Shown here piece after piece: positions 16,059 to 24,872 of a stretch of 64,000 bases of DNA (position 1 is its first letter; the number at the start of each line of letters is the position of its first letter). The notes under the pieces were generated by a model. It made no database searches, was not told the origin of the DNA, and saw only the letters and a program-made list of their open reading frames with translations. Made by a program: the position numbers and the translations under genes. Where the stretch lies: assembly GCA_037442205.1 (NCBI GenBank), contig JBBIQS010000017.1, forward strand, positions 21,964 through 85,963, read 5' to 3'. The stretch is from Myxococcales bacterium (GTDB taxonomy: Bacteria > Myxococcota > Myxococcia > Myxococcales > UBA5297).

Positions 16059-18290
16059 ATGGAAAAGATCGCGCGCAACCAGGCGGGCCGGGATCCGATG
16101 AAGGTCGAGGTCGAGACGCTGATGCCCGGCGCGGCGGTGATCCACGCCGACGACGAGCATATCCTGTGCGGCTTCCCGGAGGAAGTGGCCAAGGCCTGCT
16201 TCGCCAAGGGCAAGCAGATCACCGCCTGGCTGATCCCCGACGTGCGCAGTTCGCGCGGTGTGGTGCAGTGGGCGCTCGAGTTCCCGCTCTACGTGGCGCT
16301 CTTCGTCCAGGGCCTGTTCGCCAAGGGCAAGAAGCTGTCGGTCTTCGTCCACCGCCGCGACTGGCCCGAGGTGGTCGAGTACCTGCGGCTGACGCTCTTG
16401 GGTCTGAGCCGCGGGGAGATGGAGCAGGAGGGGCTGCGCGCCGAGGTCATCGACTTCCTGGAGAAGGAGGCGATCGCGCTGGCGCTCAAGCAACCCGACG
16501 GCAGCGTGGCCCAGATCGAGGACTTCCTGAACCCGATCTTCTTCGGCGAAGACGGCAGCGCGGTCTTCGGCGGGCTGACCGTCACCTCCCACGGCGACAA
16601 CACCTACAGCTTCGCCACCGCCGAGGACCGGGTCGAGCGCTTCGTGCTGCCCACCGACGGCGAGGTGCTGCCGCCCTACACCCGGCCCATCAACCCGGCG
16701 ACCACGCCCATCCTTTCGCAGCAGTTCGAGGTGGTGACCCTGGGCGCCTCCAACGGCTTCGACATCAGCGGGCCGTGCTCCAACCTGGTGGTGCAGGCCA
16801 GCGGGCGCTTCCTTCTGATCGATGCGGGGCCCTACATCCAGCAGGTGCTCGAGGCGAGCGGCATCAGCCTCAACCAGCTCGACGCGGTGGTGCTGACGCA
16901 CGCGCACGAGGATCACGCGGTCGGCATTTCCGCGCTCTTGCAGCTGGGGCGGCGCATCCGGCTCTTCACCACCCGCGAGACCGCGGCCATCCTGCGCCGC
17001 AAGCTGGCCATCCTGAATCCCAAGGTGGATCGGCCGGAGAGCCTGCTCGACGAGGCGTTCGAGCTGGTCTACGTCGAGCCGGGCGAAGAGTACGACTTCG
17101 CCGGGCTCTCGATGCGCTTCCACTACACCATGCACTCCATTCCCTGCGTCGGGGTCGAGCTGGCCTGCGACGACCGCGGGGTGATGCGCCGGGTGCTGGT
17201 CACCGGAGACAACAGCTCGCGCCCGGCGATCGAGAAGGCGGAGCAGGCCGGGGTGCTGTCGGAGAAGCGGCGCGCGGAGCTGACGGAGCTCTTCCAGCGG
17301 CAGTGCGACCTGGTGATCGCCGACGCCGGCGGCGGGCTGATCCACGGCGTCACCGCCGACTTCGAGCAGAACCCCTCCACCAACGTGGTCTACGTCCACA
17401 CCGGCAAGCTCCCGGAGGAGGAGGCGCACCGCTTCACCCTGGCGGCGCCGGGCCATCGCTACGCGGTCATCCCCGAGAACAGCCGGCCCACGCCGCTGGA
17501 GCGCGAGTGCGCCCACCGCGCGCTGACGAACAGCTTCCCCAGTCAGAAGGGCGAGTGGGTGAGCGCGCTGCTCGATACCGCCGTGCCCTGGTCGGTGAAC
17601 CGCGGCCAGGTAGTGGTGCGCCAGAACGACCTGACCCGCGACTTCTTCGTGGTCCTGAGCGGCAAGCTGGCGGTGCTGGTGCAGAGCGGGAAGGAGAGGC
17701 CGCAGAAAGTGGCGGAGATCCATCCCGGCGAAATCTTCGGGGAGATGGCGGTGATCATGGACCGTCCGCGCAGCGCCACGGTGGCGGCGCTGACCCCGGT
17801 GCGGCTGCTGCGGGTGCCGGGCGAGTCCTTCAAGCGCTTCGCCCTGCGCGAGAACCTGGCCGGCCAGCTGCGCAACGTCTGGGCCCGGCGCAGCGAGATC
17901 CAGTCGGTGGACATCCTGGCGCCGCTGCCGGTGAGCCTGGTCGATGAGCTGGCGCGGCTGGCCACTCCGCAGACCATCGCCGCCAGCTCCACCCTGATCC
18001 GCGAGGGCTCGCGCAGCAGCAGCGTCTACATCCTGGTGCAGGGCCGGCTGCAGGTCTTCAAGGGCGAGGAGCCGCTGCAGATCAATGGCGCGCCGGTGGT
18101 GCTCCACCCCGGCCAGCTGGTGGGCGAGACCGCGCCGTTCCGGGCCTCGGCGCGAAACGCCTCGGTGGTGGCCATCGACGAGTGCCAGGTGCTGGCCATC
18201 CGGGGCGAGGACTTCCGCCGGGTGGTGCGCCAGGCCCCGCAGCTCCACTACCGGATCTCGATGATGGTCAAGGCCCGCGAAGCCGCCTGA
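16059..18290 (+). CDS. MBL-fold metallohydrolase fused to two cyclic-nucleotide-binding domains (plus an unassigned N-terminal region of about 230 aa)
   Basis: Track ORF of 743 aa. MBL signature VVLTHAHEDHAVG (HxHxDH). Two CNB modules with phosphate-binding-cassette-like GEIFGEMAVIMDRPRSATVAA and GQLVGETAPFRASARNASVVA. Confidence 0.8.
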   Translation: MEKIARNQAGRDPMKVEVETLMPGAAVIHADDEHILCGFPEEVAKACFAKGKQITAWLIPDVRSSRGVVQWALEFPLYVALFVQGLFAKGKKLSVFVHRRDWPEVVEYLRLTLLGLSRGEMEQEGLRAEVIDFLEKEAIALALKQPDGSVAQIEDFLNPIFFGEDGSAVFGGLTVTSHGDNTYSFATAEDRVERFVLPTDGEVLPPYTRPINPATTPILSQQFEVVTLGASNGFDISGPCSNLVVQASGRFLLIDAGPYIQQVLEASGISLNQLDAVVLTHAHEDHAVGISALLQLGRRIRLFTTRETAAILRRKLAILNPKVDRPESLLDEAFELVYVEPGEEYDFAGLSMRFHYTMHSIPCVGVELACDDRGVMRRVLVTGDNSSRPAIEKAEQAGVLSEKRRAELTELFQRQCDLVIADAGGGLIHGVTADFEQNPSTNVVYVHTGKLPEEEAHRFTLAAPGHRYAVIPENSRPTPLERECAHRALTNSFPSQKGEWVSALLDTAVPWSVNRGQVVVRQNDLTRDFFVVLSGKLAVLVQSGKERPQKVAEIHPGEIFGEMAVIMDRPRSATVAALTPVRLLRVPGESFKRFALRENLAGQLRNVWARRSEIQSVDILAPLPVSLVDELARLATPQTIAASSTLIREGSRSSSVYILVQGRLQVFKGEEPLQINGAPVVLHPGQLVGETAPFRASARNASVVAIDECQVLAIRGEDFRRVVRQAPQLHYRISMMVKAREAA

Positions 18291-18315
18291 GCCGGTCCGG
18301 ACCGCCGCTCGAGAA

Positions 18316-18362
18316 CTGGCAAGCGCCTGCCAGCCCGCTAACGGTGACTCTCCGTTGGCGGG
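18316..18362 (+). terminator. Tandem hairpins downstream of the MBL-CNB gene (no U-tract)
   Basis: CTGGCA-agcgcc-TGCCAG at 18316..18333, then an 11-bp stem CCCGCTAACGG-tgactct-CCGTTGGCGGG at 18334..18362. The first hairpin starts 26 nt after the stop codon. Confidence 0.35.
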
Positions 18363-18445
18363 CTCGGGCGTGGGTCATTTCGATCGCGTCCCGCCAACCT
18401 CCCGCTCTTGCTGCCGAAAATGGCGCGCCCGATCATGGCCGCGGT

Positions 18446-18462
18446 TGGCAGGCCTTGTGCAT
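18446..18462 (+). promoter_or_regulatory. Sigma-54-type -24/-12 promoter (TGGCAgG-N4-gTGCAt)
   Basis: GG at 18447..18448 and GC at 18459..18460 with consensus spacing. It sits about 150 nt upstream of the OMP gene ATG at 18608. Confidence 0.5.
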
Positions 18463-18607
18463 TCAGGCCCGCAACCCTCGACGGCAGGGCCGCAACGAGA
18501 TTGAAAGGAACTGGGCAGAGGCGATGAGTGGACGAGGTGCGATGGACAGCACCGGCGACCATTTGATATCTCAGCCCACCCGCAGCATGAAACCGCGGAG
18601 GTTTTGG

Positions 18608-19840
18608 ATGGCCACAAAGAAGCTCCTGGCGACGATGGCAGCGCTGCTCCTCCTCGCCGGACCGGCCGTAGCGGCCGAAGACGCCGCGCCGGCCGAGGCC
18701 GCCAAGCCCGAAGCCAAGGTCGAAGCCGCGCCTGCTCCCGCCGCGCCCGCCGCTCCCGCCGCTCCCGCCGAGCCGGCTCCCGCCGCCAAGGAGGCCGCTC
18801 CCGCTCCCGCGGTTCAGCCCGCTCCGGCGCCTGCTGCGGCTGCCCCTGCGCCGGTCGCTGCTCCCGTGGCCGCCCCTATTCCCTCCGTCGCTCCGGCGGC
18901 CGCTGCCACTCCCGAGTTGACTCTCGAGGAGAAGCGCGAGGCCGCCGCCAGCCCGTGGGCCGGCAGCCAGGTCATGTTCGAGAACACCGGCGGGGTGATG
19001 GGAATCAGGAAGGATTCCGAGTTGACGTGGAATCCCTATGACGCGGTGAGCGTCTCGCTCCGCCCGTCCTACAAGGTGCTTCCTCAGCTGATCCTCGAGG
19101 GCCGGTTTGACGTGGAGAAGGAAGTCACGAACTCCGACGAGACCACGCTCAAATACGAGACGGTCTGGAGCGATTTCATCCTCGACGCCAAGAGCCCCGG
19201 CTTGAAGCAGAAGGTCCAGGGCTTCGGCGAATTGATGCTGTCTCCTGGCTTGCGGGCCGTCCTGCCCCTCTCCAAGCTGGCCCACGCCCAGACCCTGCGG
19301 CTGGCCCTGGCTCCGGGCGTCAGCGGCGGCGCCAAATTTGACGTCATGGGCGGGTTGACGGTGAAGATGTCCGCGCGCTGGACGCAGAACTTCCACCAGT
19401 ACACCACCGTGCAGCAGGACGCCCAGAGCATCCACTGTGGCTCCTCCGAGGGCTCGGAGTGTGGCCGGTTCTTCCACGAGGGCCAGCGCAACGCCTTCGG
19501 CCGGCTCGCCTGGGGCCCGATGGTGGTCTTCGACCCCACCGACAAGCTCGAGGTGACCTTCACCTGGAGCATTCGCCACGACTTCCTCTACGGGCTGACC
19601 GGCTCGGAGCTGGTTCCCGACGTCTCCGGCGACTATGCCTACCGAGACAGCCAGTGGGCGATTCTCGACGTCACCTACCAGGTGTTCGACTACCTGGGCG
19701 TCTCGCTCGGCACCTCGACCCTGCATCCCACGCTCAGGCCAAACTCGACCTACTACACGCCGATCTTCAACCGCTACACCAACCTCTACCTTGATCTGAG
19801 CGTCGATCTCGACGCCGTGGCCTCGCGAATCCACTTCTAG
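18608..19840 (+). CDS. Outer-membrane beta-barrel-like protein with long Ala/Pro-rich N-terminal linker
   Basis: In-frame 3' part of track ORF 18182..19840, with ATG 18608 preceded by GGAGG. Signal peptide MATKKLLATMAALLLLAGPAVAA, a PA-rich stretch of about 90 aa, alternating amphipathic strands, and a C-terminal ...ASRIHF (terminal Phe). Confidence 0.65.
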   Translation: MATKKLLATMAALLLLAGPAVAAEDAAPAEAAKPEAKVEAAPAPAAPAAPAAPAEPAPAAKEAAPAPAVQPAPAPAAAAPAPVAAPVAAPIPSVAPAAAATPELTLEEKREAAASPWAGSQVMFENTGGVMGIRKDSELTWNPYDAVSVSLRPSYKVLPQLILEGRFDVEKEVTNSDETTLKYETVWSDFILDAKSPGLKQKVQGFGELMLSPGLRAVLPLSKLAHAQTLRLALAPGVSGGAKFDVMGGLTVKMSARWTQNFHQYTTVQQDAQSIHCGSSEGSECGRFFHEGQRNAFGRLAWGPMVVFDPTDKLEVTFTWSIRHDFLYGLTGSELVPDVSGDYAYRDSQWAILDVTYQVFDYLGVSLGTSTLHPTLRPNSTYYTPIFNRYTNLYLDLSVDLDAVASRIHF

Positions 19841-19891
19841 TTTTCCCAATCACCACCGAAGTCGATGTCTCACCTCTCCTCTGGAGGGTTC

Positions 19892-22800
19892 ATGCGTCCG
19901 TGCCTCAAAACGTTGCTCGTCGCCGCCGTGGCGCTGCTCGCCGTCGGCTGCGCTCAGGAGCGAGCCCCGGTCAACCGGGTTCAGCCCAACTACTTCAAGA
20001 AGTCCTTCTTCGTCGGCGAGAAGCTGCTCGACACCAGCGACGACCCGGAGTTCTGGGCCCAGGGCACGGTGATCGACGTCGGCTACGGCGCCTCCCAGGA
20101 CGGCCTGTTCACCTCGACCTACGCCCAGCCGCTGTCGCGCGTGAAGTTCGTCATCCAGGAGAAGCAGCTCATCGCCCGGCTGACCTACGAGCGCATCAAG
20201 AACAGCGACGGCAAGGGCGTCGGCCGCGCCAGCAAGGACGGCATCATCGTCGCCGTCTACCCGATCGAGAGCCACTTCGACATCAAGCGCTCCTACAACC
20301 CCACCACCGGTGAGGAGCTCAACGTGCTGGAGGAGAACTCCTCCGACCGGCCCTGGTACGAGCGCGAGTACATGCGCGTCGACTGGTCGAAGAACCTGAA
20401 CACCGACTCCTACGACTTCGACACCCTGTCGCAGATGGGGATCTACGGCGGCATCAGCTACGAGCCGCTGGCCTACTACATCAACGACCCCTCCGACGAG
20501 AACGCCCCGCACTTCGCCGAGAACGACGGCTACCTCGACGTCACCAACAAGGCCTTCGCCGTCCCCGGGACCATCGACCTGGCCTACCTGGGCTGGGGCA
20601 TCGACCGCTTCCCCTCCTGCATGCTGCCCCCGGAGATCGGCGGCGGCACCGCCCCCACCGGCAACTGCAACCCGGTGGAGCTCACCATCCGCCAGGCCTT
20701 CCGCAAGATCCAGGACCACGACGTCGAGCCCGAGGAGTGGGACGGCTACAAGTTCCAGGCCTTCGGCGCCTTCACCGCCGACCGCTACGGCTACACCCGC
20801 AACTACGGGATGACCGACAGCGACTGGCACCGCATGATCGCCCGCCACAGCATCTGGCAGCGCAGCCACTACTACGATGACCCGGCGGCCATGACCGGCG
20901 CGGTCGAGTGCTACAAGCCCGACACCACCAAGTACGGCGAGGACCCGCACCGCGACGTGATGGGCAAGGGCAACTCGGTCAACAAGCTTCCCGACGGCAC
21001 CGAGGACGAGTGCCAGGCGGTCAACAGCAAGACCGACGCCAACGGCAATGCCCTGCACCGCGGCTCGCGCTGCGACACCTTCACCCAGAAGTGCACGCTG
21101 CCCTTCCGCGACCGCGAGACCAAGACCCTGGCCTGGTACTACACCACCGGCTCGAACCCCGATTACTTCGAGGGCTCGCGCTGGGCGGTGCTGGAGTGGG
21201 ACGTGGCGCTGCGCAGCGCGGTGGTCACCGCCCGCTACGCCGAGTGCATGCGCGCCGGCGACCCCAGCTGCAGCACCCAGTACCCGGTGCTCACCGGCCA
21301 GATGGACGACGACGCCGACGCAGTGGCCCTGACCCGCGAGGTCGAGGACTGCCGGGCCGCGGTCCGCGCCGGCACCAGCAGCGAGGACTGCAATGCCACC
21401 GCCGTCCGCCTGGCGGGCGCCCGCGGCTACACCCCGCAGGTCTCCTACCTGGCTCAGCTGCAGCCGATGATCGTCCTCTGCCACAGCCCGGTCGAGGCCA
21501 GTGACCCCGAGGCCTGCGGCAGCCCGCGCCTGGCGGCCGGCACCACCGCCGCCGACTGCTACAACGCCCGGCTGACCCGCAACAGCGCCAAGCTGGCCGA
21601 GTGCGACGCCGCCCTCAACGCCCGCATCGGCGACATGCGCTACCACCAGGTCAACGTGATCACCGGGCCGCAGACCCCGTCGCCCTGGGGCATCATGGTT
21701 GACTCGGTCGACCCGCTCACCGGCGAGAAGGTGGCGGCCTCGATCAACGTCTGGAGCTACGTCACCGACTTCTGGAGCCAGACCGTCGTCGACCAGGCCC
21801 GCCTGATCAAGGGCGAGTACAACGTCGGCGAGATCACCGACGGCGCGTACATCGAGGCCTGGGCCAAGGCCGCGGCCGCTGCCACCGGCGGCATGGCCCC
21901 GCGGCTCTCCAACGCCGAGTACGTGCAGAAGCTGGCCGACTACGCCGGCGTGGCCCCGGCCGACCTGCCCGACATGTCCCGCGCCAACCCGGCCTTCCTC
22001 GACCGGCTCAAGGGCCTGAAGAAGGAGCTGGTCAGCACCGTCGCTGACGCCAGCGCCCCCTCGGCCACCCGTGCCACCTACGAGGCCCGCCGCCAGCTGG
22101 CGGTCGGCAGCCAGATGGAGGCCGAGCTGACCACCAAGATGATGCAGCAGCTCTCCGGGCTGGGCTCGTCGGCGGACACCGAGACCGTGCTCGCGCTCTC
22201 CTCGCCGATGCGCGGGGCCAACCCCTCGGTGCTGCGCGATTTCCGCCGCATGCACGAGCTGGCCCTGGCTCAGCGTGGCGTGTGCGTGCTCAACGAGGCC
22301 CCGGCCCCGCTGGCCATCGCCGACCTGGCCAACGTGCTGGAGGACAAGTTCGGCAAGTTCGATCCCACCAACACCCAGAGCGGGGACGTGAAGAAGGCGC
22401 GCGCCGACCATATGCGCACCTACCTGGCCCAGCGGGTCCACTACTCGGTGATCGCCCACGAGATGGGGCACTCGATCGGTCTGCGGCACAACTTCGTCTC
22501 CAGCTCCGATGCCTTTAACTACCGGCCGCAGTACTGGCAGCTGCGCACCCAGAACGGTCAGGTGACCACCAAGTGCACCGACCTGGTCAACGTCGACAAC
22601 GCCGAGAGCTGCGTCGGGCCGCGCTACTTCGACCCGGTCTCCCAGAACGAGAAGGACAACCTGATCTGGATGTGGATGGACTCCTCGATCATGGAGTACC
22701 CGGGCGAGACCACCCAGGATCTGATGGGCCTGGGGGCCTATGACTTCGGCGCCGCGCGCATGTTCTACGGCTCGACGGTGGCGGTCCACGCCGACGCCAG

Positions 22801-24742
22801 CTACAAGGCCACCGCGAACCGCGGCAGCGGCGTGATCAGCAAGATGGACAACTTCGGCGGCCTGACCGGCTTCCAGTACGAGGAGGCGCCCAACAAGCGC
22901 ATCCACTACTCCGAGCTGCAGCGGGCCTTCGAGCTGATCAAGCCCGAGACCTGCAAGGCGGTGACCACCGACAACTTCAAGCCCGGCAACTGGAATGAGG
23001 CCGCCCAGGGCAAGTGGAGCCCGCTGGTCGACGGCCTGATGGTCAAGAACGTCGACGGCAAGTACTACCGCTGCCGCCAGCAGCCGGTGGACTACGTCCA
23101 GTGGCAGGTGCTGACGCCCAATGACGGGACCATGAACGGCCGCGCCGGCCCGCTGTTCGACTCCCAGGACCGCACCCGCGTCCCCTACGGCTTCGCCTCT
23201 GACGACTGGGCCGACCTGGGCAACCTGAGCGTCTACCGCCACGACAACGGCGCCGACGCCTACGAGCTGTTCGACTTCTTCATCACCCAGCAGGAGACCA
23301 ACCACATCTTCGACAACTACCGCCGCAACCGCACCACCTTCTCGGTGCGCAACGCCTCGCACCGCGCCCTGGAGCGCTACAACGAGAAGATGCGCGACGG
23401 CGTCAAGGCCCTGTCGCTGTACGCCAACATGGCCAAGGACTGGGCGGCGACCGAGGGCGTGCCCTACCGCGAGCTGTGGCCCTGGGTGGTGGGCAGCTGG
23501 TTCCCGGACAACGTGCTGGCCAACGAGATGGCCTTCAACTACTTCGCCCGGCAGCTGGCCCGCCCGGCGGCAGGCGGCCACTACCAGCCCGCCGGCGACA
23601 GGGTGCTGCGCTCCACCGAGGACTCGACCTCGATGGTCACGCTGCGTCCGTCGATCCAGGTGAACAACGGCGCCACCGGCATGTACGGCAACGTCTTCTG
23701 GGGCGGCCGGCCGGTGGAGAACAAGCTGGCGGACAACAAGGGCAACTACGACCGCGACTACACCATGAACTGCGGCTCGTACTACGAGAAGGCCTACACC
23801 TCGATGCTGATGACCGAGTCGGTCGACAACTTCATCAGCTCGTCGCGGCGCGACTTCACCGACCCGCGCTACCGCGCCGTGTCGATCGCCGACCAGTTCC
23901 CGGAGGCCTATCGCCGCTGGCTGGCCAACAACCTGACCGGCGACGACGAGATCAAGGGCCCGCGGCTGGCGGCCGACGCCACCGGCAAGCCGCTCAAGGA
24001 CGGCAGCGGCTACCCGGCCAACGGCATCGGCTGGACCGACTGGACCGCGCCCACCCCGCAGAGCTGCTTCTACTCGGCCAACGGCATCGTCAAGCCGGGC
24101 AGCTCGGTGCTGCAGCTGGCCTGCGCCTCGGCCCCGCCGGCGAACACGATCGCCATCGACCCGCAGGTCGACTGGGAGCAGCAGCGCTTCCTCATCGCCT
24201 GGACGCTGCTCTACCTGCCGGAGAACCAGCAGCAGAGCTGGCTGGACATGATGCGCATCTGGGAGCTGGGCCAGGACGCCGATCCGGGCTTCACCACCGC
24301 CCAGCGGGTCGAGTTCCACAACCCGGCGGGCAAGGTCTACGTGGCCAAGACCTTCGGCACCGAGACTCTGTTCGGCAGGACGGTGCAGCGCGGCATCGCC
24401 GCCCGGGTGGTCGAGTACGCCAACGAGCTGCTGCAGGAGGCCTACGAGACCGACCCGATCGCCGATGCCTCGGGCCACGTCTACGGCTACGAGGTGCGCA
24501 CCGACGCCAACGGGATGCCGATCGTGAAGTTCGACCCGACCTTCACCAACAAGATCAACGACCAGGGCCAGCTCGTGCCGCTGGTTACCCCGGGCTGCGA
24601 CTCTACCGACAACAGCAAGTGCACCTGCAACGACAACCACGCCTGCCTCAAGCTGCAGCGGTATGTGGAGATTCCGTTCTTCCTCCGCCAGGCGCTGTCG
24701 ACCTACCACCTGCACAACCCGGGCATGAGGGGCACCTACTAG
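19892..24742 (+). CDS. Giant (1616 aa) lipoprotein with metzincin-type zinc metalloprotease domain (HExxHxxGxxH)
   Basis: Track ORF 19865..24742, with ATG 19892 preceded by GGAGGG. Lipobox LLAVGCAQE. VIAHEMGHSIGLRHNF followed by SSIMEYP (Met-turn-like). From memory it resembles the DUF4953-type zinc-dependent metalloprotease family. Confidence 0.8.
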   Translation: MRPCLKTLLVAAVALLAVGCAQERAPVNRVQPNYFKKSFFVGEKLLDTSDDPEFWAQGTVIDVGYGASQDGLFTSTYAQPLSRVKFVIQEKQLIARLTYERIKNSDGKGVGRASKDGIIVAVYPIESHFDIKRSYNPTTGEELNVLEENSSDRPWYEREYMRVDWSKNLNTDSYDFDTLSQMGIYGGISYEPLAYYINDPSDENAPHFAENDGYLDVTNKAFAVPGTIDLAYLGWGIDRFPSCMLPPEIGGGTAPTGNCNPVELTIRQAFRKIQDHDVEPEEWDGYKFQAFGAFTADRYGYTRNYGMTDSDWHRMIARHSIWQRSHYYDDPAAMTGAVECYKPDTTKYGEDPHRDVMGKGNSVNKLPDGTEDECQAVNSKTDANGNALHRGSRCDTFTQKCTLPFRDRETKTLAWYYTTGSNPDYFEGSRWAVLEWDVALRSAVVTARYAECMRAGDPSCSTQYPVLTGQMDDDADAVALTREVEDCRAAVRAGTSSEDCNATAVRLAGARGYTPQVSYLAQLQPMIVLCHSPVEASDPEACGSPRLAAGTTAADCYNARLTRNSAKLAECDAALNARIGDMRYHQVNVITGPQTPSPWGIMVDSVDPLTGEKVAASINVWSYVTDFWSQTVVDQARLIKGEYNVGEITDGAYIEAWAKAAAAATGGMAPRLSNAEYVQKLADYAGVAPADLPDMSRANPAFLDRLKGLKKELVSTVADASAPSATRATYEARRQLAVGSQMEAELTTKMMQQLSGLGSSADTETVLALSSPMRGANPSVLRDFRRMHELALAQRGVCVLNEAPAPLAIADLANVLEDKFGKFDPTNTQSGDVKKARADHMRTYLAQRVHYSVIAHEMGHSIGLRHNFVSSSDAFNYRPQYWQLRTQNGQVTTKCTDLVNVDNAESCVGPRYFDPVSQNEKDNLIWMWMDSSIMEYPGETTQDLMGLGAYDFGAARMFYGSTVAVHADASYKATANRGSGVISKMDNFGGLTGFQYEEAPNKRIHYSELQRAFELIKPETCKAVTTDNFKPGNWNEAAQGKWSPLVDGLMVKNVDGKYYRCRQQPVDYVQWQVLTPNDGTMNGRAGPLFDSQDRTRVPYGFASDDWADLGNLSVYRHDNGADAYELFDFFITQQETNHIFDNYRRNRTTFSVRNASHRALERYNEKMRDGVKALSLYANMAKDWAATEGVPYRELWPWVVGSWFPDNVLANEMAFNYFARQLARPAAGGHYQPAGDRVLRSTEDSTSMVTLRPSIQVNNGATGMYGNVFWGGRPVENKLADNKGNYDRDYTMNCGSYYEKAYTSMLMTESVDNFISSSRRDFTDPRYRAVSIADQFPEAYRRWLANNLTGDDEIKGPRLAADATGKPLKDGSGYPANGIGWTDWTAPTPQSCFYSANGIVKPGSSVLQLACASAPPANTIAIDPQVDWEQQRFLIAWTLLYLPENQQQSWLDMMRIWELGQDADPGFTTAQRVEFHNPAGKVYVAKTFGTETLFGRTVQRGIAARVVEYANELLQEAYETDPIADASGHVYGYEVRTDANGMPIVKFDPTFTNKINDQGQLVPLVTPGCDSTDNSKCTCNDNHACLKLQRYVEIPFFLRQALSTYHLHNPGMRGTY

Positions 24743-24767
24743 CCCGTCGGTAGGCATCGCGAAGTTC

Positions 24768-24805
24768 CCGCGGCCGCGGTCCCTTCCGAGGGGCCGCGGC
24801 CGCGG
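24768..24805 (+). terminator. 16-bp hairpin built from two copies of the palindrome CCGCGGCCGCGG
   Basis: CCGCGGCCGCGGTCCC-ttccga-GGGGCCGCGGCCGCGG, 26 nt after the metalloprotease stop, followed by tcattc (a weak U-tract). Confidence 0.5.
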
Positions 24806-24872
24806 TCATTCAGGCGGGAGGATGCCGCCGCAGGCTTGCCTCAGGCGGCGGGCGTCGCCATCTCGGCACGAG

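Noticed and set aside
15245-18248. Long ORFs 15245..17947 (+, 900 aa) and 15960..18248 (-, 762 aa) overlapping the MBL-CNB gene
   Set aside because: Both have biased Arg/Gly/Pro/Ala composition and run through the intergenic region. Only frame 16059..18290 contains the HxHxDH and cNMP-binding motifs and has an SD.
19850-24757. 1635-aa ORF on the minus strand covering the whole metalloprotease gene
   Set aside because: It is a mirror-frame artefact of high GC. Its composition is dominated by Gly/Val/Ala/Arg/His/Asp runs (for example GVVVVAGALAVVGRVAARG), and it has no motifs, signal peptide or SD. The plus-strand frame has a lipobox, an SD and a metzincin motif.
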